From contig CBDFGR010000003.1 of assembly GCA_965247115.1 (NCBI GenBank), positions 800,001-864,000 on the forward strand: a stretch of DNA of 64,000 nt, in the 5' to 3' direction. The stretch is from Myxococcota bacterium. Its GTDB lineage: Bacteria; Myxococcota_A; UBA9160; SZUA-336. This document shows, in pieces, positions 16,188 through 25,768 of the stretch (the stretch's first letter is position 1; each line of letters begins with the position of its first letter). A program made the translations under genes and the position numbers. The notes under the pieces were generated by a model, which was not told where the DNA came from, made no database searches, and worked only from the letters and a program-made list of their open reading frames with translations.

Positions 16188-16481
16188 ATGAGCTTCCGGG
16201 TTCGCTTCCACGACACTCCTCACTCCGATCGGATCAAGCAGGAGTGTGAGGACATGGCGTCGCAGCTCTACGACGAGTTCCAGGGAACCTCCAAGGTCGA
16301 GCTGAGCCTCAATCGCTCCGGCGAGGACTTCGAAGCGCACGTTCACGTCACCGGCAAGGACATCGACATCGCCGCGGCGGCGCAGCATCGCGCGATTCGC
16401 GATGCGGCCGTCGAGGCGATCGACCGCGCGCGCAAGCAGCTCCGCAAGCACCGGGACAAGCTGCTCGATCGGCACCGCTAA
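16188..16481 (+). CDS. HPF/RaiA family ribosome-associated protein
   Basis: DAAVEAIDRARKQLRKHRDK C-terminal motif; 97 aa. Confidence 0.8.
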   Translation: MSFRVRFHDTPHSDRIKQECEDMASQLYDEFQGTSKVELSLNRSGEDFEAHVHVTGKDIDIAAAAQHRAIRDAAVEAIDRARKQLRKHRDKLLDRHR

Positions 16482-16509
16482 GAAGGCGTGAACGTCGGGA
16501 CGTGCGGCG

Positions 16510-17823
16510 CTAGCGCGCGGTGGCAATTCCATCGGGCGAGACGGGGCCGCCGTGACCGAAGATGAAGCCCTGACCGTACTCGATCCCCAGGTCCTGAATC
16601 GCCTCGAGCTCTGAGCGGGTCTCGATGCCCTCCGCGATCACCGTAGAGCTCATCTTCTCCGACAGGCTGCGCAACCCTCGCAGCGCTTCCTGCTTCTGTG
16701 GGTTGCCCTCGATCCCGCGCACGAGAGACATGTCGATCTTCAGATAGCGGGGGTTCAGCTCGAGCGCCGCCTCCAGGCTCGAGAATCCAGCACCGGTGTC
16801 GTCCAGCGCGATTTCGAAGCCGAGCCGCGAAAAGTGATCGATGGCCTCCCGGAAGATCGGATAGTTCGCGATCGCCTGACGCTCGGATATCTCCAGGACA
16901 AGGTTGTGCGGCGAGAGTCCCAGCTCGCCGAGCATCTCCCTCACCCGCGCGCCCGCAAAGTCGGGGTCGTGAATGCTGCTCGGCAGGATGTTCAGGAAGA
17001 GCTTCTGGTCGGGCTGGATGCCCTGCGCGTTGCGGAGGGCCTGTCTGCGGCACAGGTTGTCGAGCTCGTACTCAAAGCCACAGCTCTCGGCAATCGAGAA
17101 CAGGTTGAGTGGGCTCTCTAGACCGCTCCCGGATGGGCCGCGGGAGAGCGCCTCGTAGCCAGTGATCTTCAGGTCCGACAGCTGCACGATCGGCTCGAAG
17201 ACGGAGTCGACCGTCTCCTCTAGCAGCAGACGCTCGAGCGTCTGTGCGCGTTCGCAGCTCGAGCGCTCGAGCTCAAAGTGAGCGGTGCGCAGGCTGGTGT
17301 TGACGAGACCCCGGATCTGGCTCTCGATGCGATAGAACGGGCGGTTGAAACCGATCCCCGAACCCACCGGAAGGTCCGGCGCTCGATACAAGTACGGGTA
17401 GACGATCCCCTTCAGACAGATTGCGACATACGCGCGAAGCTCCTGCGTCAAGAGCGGCAGCTCCTCCGCGTAGAATCCCGTGTTCGACCGGTCCCGGGGA
17501 ATGAAGATCAGGATGTGCTCGTCCTCGAGAGCTCCCGAGGCAACGCGAAACTCGTCGCCGATCTCGTCGAGGAGACGCGTGCGCACACGACCGGCGAGTC
17601 CCTCGATGGTGCGCCGGTACGGCCGGGCGCCGTACAGGCGCTCGATTTCGAGTAGAGGACTGACGTCGATGAGGATCAGCGCAACCGCGCCGTTCTTGGC
17701 GAGTCCATCCGCGAGAGCGGACAGATGCTCGCCGAGAGGTGTCAGGCCCCGTGCGTTAGCGACGGAGTCTTCCGGGCCCCCTGGCAAGGTAGCTCTGCTG
17801 GCCGGGCCGGCTCCCACGCCCAT
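16510..17823 (-). CDS. EAL-domain c-di-GMP phosphodiesterase with degenerate GGDEF-like domain
   Basis: GYEALSRG, LFLN, LEISE, IALDDTGAGFSS, LKID, AEGIE, GQGF. Confidence 0.92.
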   Translation of the reverse strand: MGVGAGPASRATLPGGPEDSVANARGLTPLGEHLSALADGLAKNGAVALILIDVSPLLEIERLYGARPYRRTIEGLAGRVRTRLLDEIGDEFRVASGALEDEHILIFIPRDRSNTGFYAEELPLLTQELRAYVAICLKGIVYPYLYRAPDLPVGSGIGFNRPFYRIESQIRGLVNTSLRTAHFELERSSCERAQTLERLLLEETVDSVFEPIVQLSDLKITGYEALSRGPSGSGLESPLNLFSIAESCGFEYELDNLCRRQALRNAQGIQPDQKLFLNILPSSIHDPDFAGARVREMLGELGLSPHNLVLEISERQAIANYPIFREAIDHFSRLGFEIALDDTGAGFSSLEAALELNPRYLKIDMSLVRGIEGNPQKQEALRGLRSLSEKMSSTVIAEGIETRSELEAIQDLGIEYGQGFIFGHGGPVSPDGIATAR

Positions 17824-17899
17824 CTCCCGATAACCGTTTACCGGCGCCTAGATCGGTAGGCTTGGTTCAAATCTTGAACCAAGCGTCAGCGGCCCTTAG

Positions 17900-19174
17900 C
17901 AGGCTGCGGAGAAAGTGACTGGTTGAGGGGTGGTCCTTCCGACGAGGGGGTTCACCGGCCGAGGGGCGGGGCGCGATTCCCGGTTCGAACCGGTCTTGGG
18001 CTCCGCTGATCGCGGGGCGGTTTCGCACATGACCTACGTGGCCTCCAGCAGCTTGCGGATCCGGATCAGGTTGTAGGCTGCGGCCGTGAAGGTGAAGACC
18101 CAGCCGACCCGATCCGTGCCGCGGTGTCGGGTCTTGCGCATCAGCCCCACGGTCTTCATCCAGCCGAAGACCTCTTCCACCCGTTTGCGAAAACGCTGAC
18201 TCAGTTCGTAGCCCCGGTGGCGCGTCGTCCGCCCGTCGATCGCGCTGCGTCGATTCGTCGTGTTCTGCGCCACGTGTGGGGTCACGCCCAACTCTCGAAG
18301 CTCTTCCACGAACCCCTTCGTGTCGAAGCCCTTGTCTCCGCCCAATGTCCTCCGACGCCCGCCTCCCAGACCTTCCACCATCTCGAGCGCCGCTTCGCGC
18401 TCCGCATATCCCGACGCCTGCGTGAGCTTCGCCGCGACCACCAAGCCGTTCCGGTTCTCCGTCACCACGTGTCCCTGGTACGCGAGTCGGGCGCCTTGGC
18501 CTCTCATACCGGCGAGTCGTGCGTCGGGATCCGTCGTCGACGCATGCGTCTGGTTGCTCCGCTTCTCGCCTCGGAAGTTCACCGTCGGGTTGCCCGGGTC
18601 ATCGTCGTCTCTCCGTTCCTCGTCCTTCCGTACGAAGCTCTTCTGGCTCGCCCACGCCTCGATCAGCGTCCCGTCTACCGTGAAGTGCTCCAACGACACC
18701 CATCCCTCGGTCTCGGCCTGCTCCAGCACTGCGTCGAAGAAGTGCTCGGCAATCTCGCCCTTGAGCAGCCGGTCTCGGTTCTTCGTGAACACCGTGGCGC
18801 TGAACACCACCTCGTCAAGCTCCAGACCCACGAACCAGCGATACAGCAGGTTGTACTCCAGCTGCTCCACCAGCTGCCGCTCGCTCCGGATGGTGTAGAG
18901 CACCTGCAGCAGCAGGGCGCGCAGCAGCTGCTCCGGGGGCACGGACGGGCGCCCTACGCCTCTGGCGTAGATCGCGTCGAAGCGCGGCGATAGCCGCTGC
19001 AGCGCCGTGTCGACCATGCGCCGCATCGCTCGAAGCGGATGATCATCCGGAATCCGCGACTCCAGCGACACGTAGCTGAACATCCCGCCCTGAAGCGTCC
19101 CCTGTCCTCTCACGCCTCCCCCTTTGGGGCTCGCTCCCAAGGTACCCTTCGATGAGGAGTTTTTCAGCAGCCTG
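17900..19174 (-). mobile_element. IS5-family insertion sequence (1275 bp) with TTAG target duplication
   Basis: IRs CAGGCTGCGGAGAAAG and CAGGCTGCTGAAAAAC; TTAG at 17896-17899 and 19175-19178. Confidence 0.92.
18034..19113 (-). CDS. IS5-family DDE transposase
   Basis: MFSYVSLESRIPDDHPLR, FTVDGTLIEAWAS, GGDKGFD, RKRVEEVFGWMK. Confidence 0.95.
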   Translation of the reverse strand: MRGQGTLQGGMFSYVSLESRIPDDHPLRAMRRMVDTALQRLSPRFDAIYARGVGRPSVPPEQLLRALLLQVLYTIRSERQLVEQLEYNLLYRWFVGLELDEVVFSATVFTKNRDRLLKGEIAEHFFDAVLEQAETEGWVSLEHFTVDGTLIEAWASQKSFVRKDEERRDDDDPGNPTVNFRGEKRSNQTHASTTDPDARLAGMRGQGARLAYQGHVVTENRNGLVVAAKLTQASGYAEREAALEMVEGLGGGRRRTLGGDKGFDTKGFVEELRELGVTPHVAQNTTNRRSAIDGRTTRHRGYELSQRFRKRVEEVFGWMKTVGLMRKTRHRGTDRVGWVFTFTAAAYNLIRIRKLLEAT

Positions 19175-19369
19175 TTAGAGGCTCCGCTCGTCCTGACCCT
19201 CGTCTACCGGGATGTCGAGCTCATAGAAGATGCTGATGGTGACATGATCTCCGGACTCGCTCTGAACCAGGTGATGCACCTGGCAGAGCGTGGCCTCGAG
19301 AAACTTGTTCACCTCTTCTTCGAGCTCCTTGGGCAAACCCCGAAACACGACGCAGCGCAGTCGGCTCAC
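19175..19369 (-). CDS. Small hypothetical protein (64 aa)
   Basis: GGAG SD; follows the moeB-like gene; its stop lies within the IS target duplication. Confidence 0.6.
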   Translation of the reverse strand: MSRLRCVVFRGLPKELEEEVNKFLEATLCQVHHLVQSESGDHVTISIFYELDIPVDEGQDERSL

Positions 19370-19387
19370 TCTCCCCCCAAGCAGAGT

Positions 19388-20536
19388 CTAGTAGCGCGGC
19401 ACGGAAGGATCGACTTCCAACGACCAGGCGTCGATCCCGCCTTGCAGGTTCTCGACCTGCGAGAATCCCTTGGAGACAAGCAGCTGGCACGCATGGCGGC
19501 TACGGGCTCCGCTGTGGCAGTGCAGGACGACGGGGCGCTCCTTCCAGTGCTCGAGCTCTCCGAATGCGCCCTCGATCTGACCCAGGGGGATCAGCTGAGC
19601 TCCCTCGATATGCGCCAGCTCGACCTCGAAGGGCTCCCTCACATCGATCAGGAGGAGATCCTCGCCCGCGTCGAGGCGCGCCTTCAGGCTGACGGGCGTG
19701 AGCTCTGGAATCATGCTTGTGCCCTCCTCCGTACTCGCGGCGGCGCAGAACGCCTCGTAGTCGATAGGCTCGGTAATGGTTGGGGATTTCCCGCAGACCG
19801 AGCAGTCCGGATCCTTCGGAATCTTGAACTCGCGGAACTCCATGGCGAGAGCGTCGTAGACGAGGAGCCGGCCGATCAGCGGCTCTCCCTCACCCAGGAG
19901 GAGCTTGAGGACCTCTGTGCTCTGGAGCAGACCGATCACTCCCGGAACGACGCCCAGCACTCCGGCCTCCGCGCAGTTCGGAGCGAGCTCCGGAGGCGGA
20001 GGCTCAGGGAACAGACAGCGGTAACAGGGGCCACGCGAAGCGTCGAAGACGGCAACTTGCCCTTCGAAGCGCATCACGCTGCCGTAGACCAGGGGCTTTC
20101 CGAGCCAGACGGCCACATCGTTCGTCAAATAGCGACTCGGAAACGTGTCGGTGCCGTCCAGGATCACGTCATACTCTTCGAGGATCCGTTCAGCATTCGC
20201 GGCCAGGAGCTTCTCGTCGTGAACGATGACGTTGACGTCGGGATTCTGGCCGCCGAGTCGTTCGCGAGCGACCTCTACCTTCGCGCGGCCTACGTCGGAA
20301 GTGCCGAAGAGCACCTGGCGCTGAAGGTTCGAGGCATCGACGCGATCGAAGTCGACGATACCGAGCGTGCCGACTCCTGCGGCACACAGGTACATTGCGG
20401 ACGGACAGCCGAGACCACCGGCTCCGATCAGCAGCACCCTGGCGTCGAGGAGCTTGCTTTGGCCCTCGGGGCCGACCCCATCGAGCAAGAGGTGGCGCTT
20501 GTAGCGCTCGAGCTGCTCTCGCTTCAGCTCCGCCAT
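19388..20536 (-). CDS. moeB: Molybdopterin-synthase adenylyltransferase MoeB with C-terminal rhodanese (MoeZ-like)
   Basis: GAGGLG, SNLQRQ, CYRC and CSVC, rhodanese CHSGARS, GGIDAWS. Confidence 0.93.
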   Translation of the reverse strand: MAELKREQLERYKRHLLLDGVGPEGQSKLLDARVLLIGAGGLGCPSAMYLCAAGVGTLGIVDFDRVDASNLQRQVLFGTSDVGRAKVEVARERLGGQNPDVNVIVHDEKLLAANAERILEEYDVILDGTDTFPSRYLTNDVAVWLGKPLVYGSVMRFEGQVAVFDASRGPCYRCLFPEPPPPELAPNCAEAGVLGVVPGVIGLLQSTEVLKLLLGEGEPLIGRLLVYDALAMEFREFKIPKDPDCSVCGKSPTITEPIDYEAFCAAASTEEGTSMIPELTPVSLKARLDAGEDLLLIDVREPFEVELAHIEGAQLIPLGQIEGAFGELEHWKERPVVLHCHSGARSRHACQLLVSKGFSQVENLQGGIDAWSLEVDPSVPRY

Positions 20537-20690
20537 GACCGGATCAAGGGTAGCCGTAGCTCCGGTACCAGGCAATCCCGCGATTTTGCTAGCTTTCTTC
20601 CACAGGTCCGGTCAGAGAGGCGTCGACGTCCCACACCTGGATGGTGATGTCCCGCTTGACAGCCTTCGATCGGAGCCCAGCGTAGGCCCC

Positions 20691-21056
20691 ATGCACAGCC
20701 CGATAGATCCCACCGAAGCCATCCGCTGCCTACAGCAGCTCTCCGTCGCGGGAGAGCTCGCACGCGTAGACATCAGCGAGGTTGCGCGCGCCGAGGGCCT
20801 GGCGACCGATCGTGTGCAAACGATTCTCGACTCGATGGTACGGGCCGGCTTCGTCGAGTGCTCGCACGACCGCTACCGGCTGGTGCGCACGCCGGCAAGC
20901 ATTCTCGTTGCAGACGTCTGGGCCGCTCTGAACGAGACCGCAGCTGCACCGCGGCCTCGGGGCGTCCCCGGATCGCCGGGCGCAACCACGATCGCGGATC
21001 TTCTCGACTGGGAGTCGAGGATCTTCGAGCACGGGCCGATCGCGCACGCCGCCTGA
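20691..21056 (+). CDS. Rrf2-like winged-helix regulator
   Basis: ISEVARAEGL...ILDSMVRAGFV...YRLVRTPASILVADV. Confidence 0.7.
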   Translation: MHSPIDPTEAIRCLQQLSVAGELARVDISEVARAEGLATDRVQTILDSMVRAGFVECSHDRYRLVRTPASILVADVWAALNETAAAPRPRGVPGSPGATTIADLLDWESRIFEHGPIAHAA

Positions 21057-21075
21057 AGGCGTTGCAGGGCGGGGT

Positions 21076-21183
21076 CTAGGCGTCGCGATCCGCGATGACG
21101 ATGATCAAGCCAAGCACCGCTGGCAAGGCGAACACGGCGAATACGGCGCCGGCCAGGATCAGCACGTGAGTTGGGTCTTCCAT
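21076..21183 (-). CDS. 35-aa single-pass membrane peptide MEDPTHVLILAGAVFAVFALPAVLGLIIVIADRDA
   Basis: AGGAG SD; manual translation; fills an intergenic gap. Confidence 0.55.
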   Translation of the reverse strand: MEDPTHVLILAGAVFAVFALPAVLGLIIVIADRDA

Positions 21184-21242
21184 GACGCTCCTAGGAGCCT
21201 CCGTTTAGCAGGCCGGCGGCACGCGGTCAACGAGCCAAGGAC

Positions 21243-22151
21243 CTAGCTCCTCCGCAGGATGATCTGCGCGATCCGCTGGCGATCGTTGCCCTCGGACATG
21301 ATGCTGAGCTTCACGGTCGAGCCGTCTCCCGCGGCTTCGAAGAGTCCGCCCGGGAGCTTGCAGGGAATCCGCATGAAGGCCGTGAACAGGTTGTCTCCAA
21401 GCTCCCCGATCTGACCCTCGAACACGCGTCCGTCCTTCAAGCGGATCCAGAGCTCGTGCTGCTGCTTTCGCTCTCCTTCGAAATCGGGCTCGTAGATGGC
21501 CACCTCGGCCCGCAGGTCGTCGACGGGAAGGCCATCGATCCGGAGCTCCGCAAGCGCCGTTCGAGAGAAGTCCAGCTCGACGGTGGGGGAACCTGCCGTG
21601 AAAGGACGGGTACGGTTCCCTATCCAGTAGGTGATGCGGGGTTCATCGTTCAGCTTGATCGTGTAACTCGATAGCAGGCCCCGCCGCACCTTATCCAGCA
21701 GCTCCGGGTTGAAGAGCTTGGTTGCTCGAGAGCGGCCAAAGACAAAACCATCGAGCGTCGCATCCACGTTGTACACCGCGAGCGCACCGCTGAAGGTCTC
21801 TCCCTCGGTCTGGCCGCACGTCGCAGTGGGTCCATCGTAGAGAATGAACGGATACAGACCGGTCTCGAGCCAGAGCGGCTCGCCAGATGGGTGATCAACG
21901 GGAAAGGCGGTGCGCTGACCGTCAAAACAGAGCTGGTAGTCCCGCGGCTCCGCTATGAACGCCGCGAGCACGGCTCGTCGTCCGTCTCTCCCGAGTGACG
22001 CGTAGAGATTCTCGTACAGCCGAGGATCTTCCCGCAGAAAGCCGTAGACCTGGTAGCGCGGCCGCACGTCGGACAAGCTGCGCGTCCCGCAGCCGAGCGC
22101 AAACGCGACAAGCGCCACGGAGAGCGCGACCCTGCAGCATGTTCCTGCCAT
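21243..22151 (-). CDS. Hypothetical lipoprotein
   Basis: Lipobox ALGC after a hydrophobic stretch. Confidence 0.7.
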   Translation of the reverse strand: MAGTCCRVALSVALVAFALGCGTRSLSDVRPRYQVYGFLREDPRLYENLYASLGRDGRRAVLAAFIAEPRDYQLCFDGQRTAFPVDHPSGEPLWLETGLYPFILYDGPTATCGQTEGETFSGALAVYNVDATLDGFVFGRSRATKLFNPELLDKVRRGLLSSYTIKLNDEPRITYWIGNRTRPFTAGSPTVELDFSRTALAELRIDGLPVDDLRAEVAIYEPDFEGERKQQHELWIRLKDGRVFEGQIGELGDNLFTAFMRIPCKLPGGLFEAAGDGSTVKLSIMSEGNDRQRIAQIILRRS

Positions 22152-22283
22152 CCGGTTCTCCACCGCCTCTGCGGATTGGTCGGCCGAGGTGGAAGCCCGC
22201 TTTAGTCAGCAGGCTGCTCCAGACGCCGCAGGATCTCGACCCACCGCTCGAGCAGGCCAACTCTAGGCTGGTGCGAGTTTGGG

Positions 22284-22370
22284 TGGTGCCGGAGGTGGGA
22301 CTCGAACCCACAAGGGAATACTCCCGCGCGATTTTGAGTCGCGTGCGTATACCAATTCCGCCACTCCGGC
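22284..22370 (-). tRNA. tRNA-Leu (CAA)
   Basis: GCCGGAG...GGAATTGGTATAC...CTCAAAA loop, long variable arm, GTTCGAGTC, ACCA end. Confidence 0.97.
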
Positions 22371-22598
22371 AGCTAAGAGAATCAGGTAGTTAGGGGAAGC
22401 TGGGCACCGCCTAGAATCCCAGGTGACAATGGGTGACAGAATCTAGCTGGCCAGCATGTCCACATCAGCCGGAGAGGGTGCCTGAGACCGGCAGCGGGGT
22501 CGACCCCGCCCTGCCCTGCTCGGGTTCGTGGAGGTGCATACTGTATTCTGCGCGGATGTAGATCACCTCTGCAGCACCCTCAAGCCAAGGAGAACGAC

Positions 22599-23120
22599 GT
22601 GTCCATCTCATTCCACGAGGCGAGTGTCGGAAGCTACCTGCAAATCCTGGACGGGGTCGCCGGAGCTCTCAACAAGGGGGCGGACCACGTCGCCGAAGCA
22701 GGGCTCGACCTGCAAGAAGTCGTCATGACGCGGCTGCGTGACGACATGATGCCTCTCCACTTCCAGGTCGTGTCCGTCGCCCACCATTCGTGGGGCGCGA
22801 TACAAGGCCTTCAGAAGGGCAGCTTCAGCCCACCTTCCTTCGACCTCGACAAGGACTACGCGGGCCTTCGAGCCCTGGTCGCCGAGGCACGCAGGGGACT
22901 CGCCGGGCTCGACGAAGCTGAGGTCGAAGCGCTCGCGGAGAAGTCGATGGTGTTCAAGATGGGGAAGAACGAGCTCCCATTCACGAATCAGAACTTCCTG
23001 CTATCGTTCTCGCTCCCTAATTTCTACTTCCACGCCACGACCACGTACGACATCTTGCGCGTGCTGGGTGTGCCCCTCGGCAAGATGGACTTTCTCGGGC
23101 AGATGAAGATGGGAACCTGA
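22599..23120 (+). CDS. DUF1993 family protein
   Basis: DMMPLHFQV, LPNFYFHATTTYDILR, GKMDFLG. Confidence 0.9.
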   Translation: MSISFHEASVGSYLQILDGVAGALNKGADHVAEAGLDLQEVVMTRLRDDMMPLHFQVVSVAHHSWGAIQGLQKGSFSPPSFDLDKDYAGLRALVAEARRGLAGLDEAEVEALAEKSMVFKMGKNELPFTNQNFLLSFSLPNFYFHATTTYDILRVLGVPLGKMDFLGQMKMGT

Positions 23121-23167
23121 GCAGCGGCGAGCCTTCCTACGCGGTGAAAGTCATAGGGAGACAAGAC

Positions 23168-23824
23168 ATGAGCAGGCTGTACAGCGAAAAACACCGCGAG
23201 CTGCACGACCGGTTCGATACGAGGAGACTAGCGGACCGGCTGGAAGCGGTAACGGTCCGGAGCGAGATCGACGCAGCAGCGAAGGCCTTCATCGAGAGCC
23301 GCGACATGTTCTTTCTCTCGACGGTCGACCCATCGGGACGCCCCACCGTGTCGTACAAGGGAGGCGATCCGGGCTTCGTCCGTGTGCTCGATGACCAGAC
23401 AATCGCGTTCCCGAGCTACAACGGAAACGGGATGTTCTACTCGATGGGGAACATCGTCGGGAACGAACAGGTCGGGCTGCTGTTCATCGACTTCGAAACG
23501 CCGCAACGCCTGCGTTTCCATGGCGAGGCGCGTGTTGAGACCGAGGACCCCCTACAGCAAGAGTATCCCGAGGCCGAGCTCGTTATACGAGTGGTGCTCT
23601 CCGAGCTGTTCATCAATTGCCCGCGCTACATCCACCGTTATCGGAAGGTCGAGTCATCCCGGTACGTGCCCCGAGAGGCCAGCAAGACGCCGTTCGCCGA
23701 GTGGAAGCGGATCGACGGGCTCCAAGACGTCCTCCCCGCTGCGGACCAAGGCCGGGCCGAGCAGGCCGGTGGGGTGCTGACGATGGCGGAGTACTCGGGG
23801 AAGGTTCAGTCGGGAGAGGGGTAG
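23168..23824 (+). CDS. Pyridoxamine 5'-phosphate oxidase-like FMN-binding protein
   Basis: VSYKGGDPGFVRV, FPSYNGNG, NCPRYI. Confidence 0.9.
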   Translation: MSRLYSEKHRELHDRFDTRRLADRLEAVTVRSEIDAAAKAFIESRDMFFLSTVDPSGRPTVSYKGGDPGFVRVLDDQTIAFPSYNGNGMFYSMGNIVGNEQVGLLFIDFETPQRLRFHGEARVETEDPLQQEYPEAELVIRVVLSELFINCPRYIHRYRKVESSRYVPREASKTPFAEWKRIDGLQDVLPAADQGRAEQAGGVLTMAEYSGKVQSGEG

Positions 23825-23941
23825 GTGCCGCGGTGGCGCGCGGAGGCTCGACCGGGTGCTTTTGAATCGGCGGGACGGGACGATTACTATCGGGGACACC
23901 GGTGGCAGCAGGATTCCTATGCCACGCACAACGAGGGAGCG

Positions 23942-25594
23942 ATGACCGATCAGGCTGTGTCGAGTACCGAGCGGAACCGCGGTCCGGGTGTCGAGACCGA
24001 CTACGAAGTGGTGGTCATGGGGGCTGGTGTGGCGGGGATCTACCAGATCAAGCGGCTCATTGATTCTGGCGTGAAGGCCACCGTGCTTGAGGGCCACGCC
24101 GATCTGGGCGGAACCTGGTACAAGAACCGCTACCCCGGGGCTCGCTTCGACTCGGAGAGCGTCACCTACGGGTACTCCTTCAGCCGGGAGTTACTGGACG
24201 AGTGGCACTGGACGGAGATGTTCTCGCCCCAGCCGGAGACCCTGCGCTATCTCAACCACGTGGCCGAAAAGTTCGACCTCCGCCGCCACATGCAGTTCAA
24301 CTGCTTCGTCGAGGCGATGACCTTCGACGAGCGGACCGACGTCTGGAGGCTCCGTCTCCAGGATGGGAGAGAGTTGACGACCCGGTTCGTGGTGACCGGC
24401 ATCGGCGTGATATCGACACCGACGCTGCCTCAGATCGAGGGGATGGACAGCTTCGAGGGTCCGTCCTTCCACCCACACGAGTGGCCCGAGGAAGGGGTCG
24501 ACCTCGAGGGCAAGCGGGTGGCGGTGATCGGCACCGGAGCAACCGCCATACAAATCATCCCCGAGGTGGCCAAGGAGGCGGCCCAGCTCACCGTGTTCCA
24601 GCGGCGCCCCAACTGGGCGGCCCCAATAAACAACAGGCCGATCTCCGAGGAGGAGATGGCCGAGATCCGTACGCGCTACGACGAGATCTTCGCCAACTGC
24701 GCACGGAGCCCTGGCGGGTTCGAGCACATTCCCGACCGCCGGGGCTTCTACAACGTTCCGCGTAAAGAACGACTGGAGCTGTGGGACCGCCTCTACGATG
24801 GGCCCGGCTTCGGGATCTGGTTGCAGAACTTCGTCGAGATCTTCATGGACGAGGATGCCAACGCCGAGTTTTCCGAGTACATCGCCGACCGGATCCGTCA
24901 GCGGGTCGACGATCCGGAGCTGGCGGAGAAGCTCATCCCCAAGGATCACGGCTTCGGGATCCAGCGTCTTCCGCTGGAGACGGGCTACTTCGAGGCCTAC
25001 AACCGCGAAAGCGTCCTCCTGGTCGACGGCAGCGAGACCCCGATCCAGCGGATCACCCCCACCGGGATCCGGACGACCGACCGGGACTACGAGTTCGACC
25101 TGATCGTCTACGCCACGGGATTCGACGCCTTCACGGGCGCCTTCGACCAGATCAACATCGAGGGCACCGGAGGGCAGAAGCTGCGGGCCAAGTGGGCCGA
25201 CGGTCCCGTCACCTACCTCGGGCTGCTGGTGCACGGCTTCCCCAACCTGTTGATGCTCGGCGGGCCCCAGAGCGCGGCCACCAACTTCCCGCGGGGGGCT
25301 GAGACCGCCGTCGACTGGATCAGTCCCCTGCTCGAGTACGCCTGGAAGCACGGCCATACCCGCGTCGAGGCCACCGCCGAGGCCGAGCGGGAATGGTGCG
25401 ACCACGTCGCCGACATGTACAAGCCGCTCCTGCTGCGCAAGGCCAAGAGCTGGATCACGGGCTACAACTCCAACCTGGAAGGCCACGAGTACGGCAAGAT
25501 GCGCTGCAACATCTACAATGGCGGTGGACCGAAGTACACCGGCCGACTCGCCCAGGTGGCCGCCGACGACTACCAGGGCATCGTCCTCTCCTGA
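23942..25594 (+). CDS. Baeyer-Villiger monooxygenase
   Basis: GAGVAG, GGTWYKNRYPG, FEGPSFHPHEWP fingerprint, GTGATA, ATGF. Confidence 0.95.
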   Translation: MTDQAVSSTERNRGPGVETDYEVVVMGAGVAGIYQIKRLIDSGVKATVLEGHADLGGTWYKNRYPGARFDSESVTYGYSFSRELLDEWHWTEMFSPQPETLRYLNHVAEKFDLRRHMQFNCFVEAMTFDERTDVWRLRLQDGRELTTRFVVTGIGVISTPTLPQIEGMDSFEGPSFHPHEWPEEGVDLEGKRVAVIGTGATAIQIIPEVAKEAAQLTVFQRRPNWAAPINNRPISEEEMAEIRTRYDEIFANCARSPGGFEHIPDRRGFYNVPRKERLELWDRLYDGPGFGIWLQNFVEIFMDEDANAEFSEYIADRIRQRVDDPELAEKLIPKDHGFGIQRLPLETGYFEAYNRESVLLVDGSETPIQRITPTGIRTTDRDYEFDLIVYATGFDAFTGAFDQINIEGTGGQKLRAKWADGPVTYLGLLVHGFPNLLMLGGPQSAATNFPRGAETAVDWISPLLEYAWKHGHTRVEATAEAEREWCDHVADMYKPLLLRKAKSWITGYNSNLEGHEYGKMRCNIYNGGGPKYTGRLAQVAADDYQGIVLS

Positions 25595-25768
25595 GGAGGG
25601 ACCTGGCCCGACCCTGGCGGTTGAGGACGCTGACGGGGAGCTGCTAGTCGGTGCGCCTTTGGAGGGGTCTCCAATGCGCCGGCAAAGGGAGCAGCTAGCA
25701 GAGTCCAGCCTGAATACCTGTACAGTCGGGTTCCAATTTCATGATGTCGACGGCTGGTAGGTGACCGG

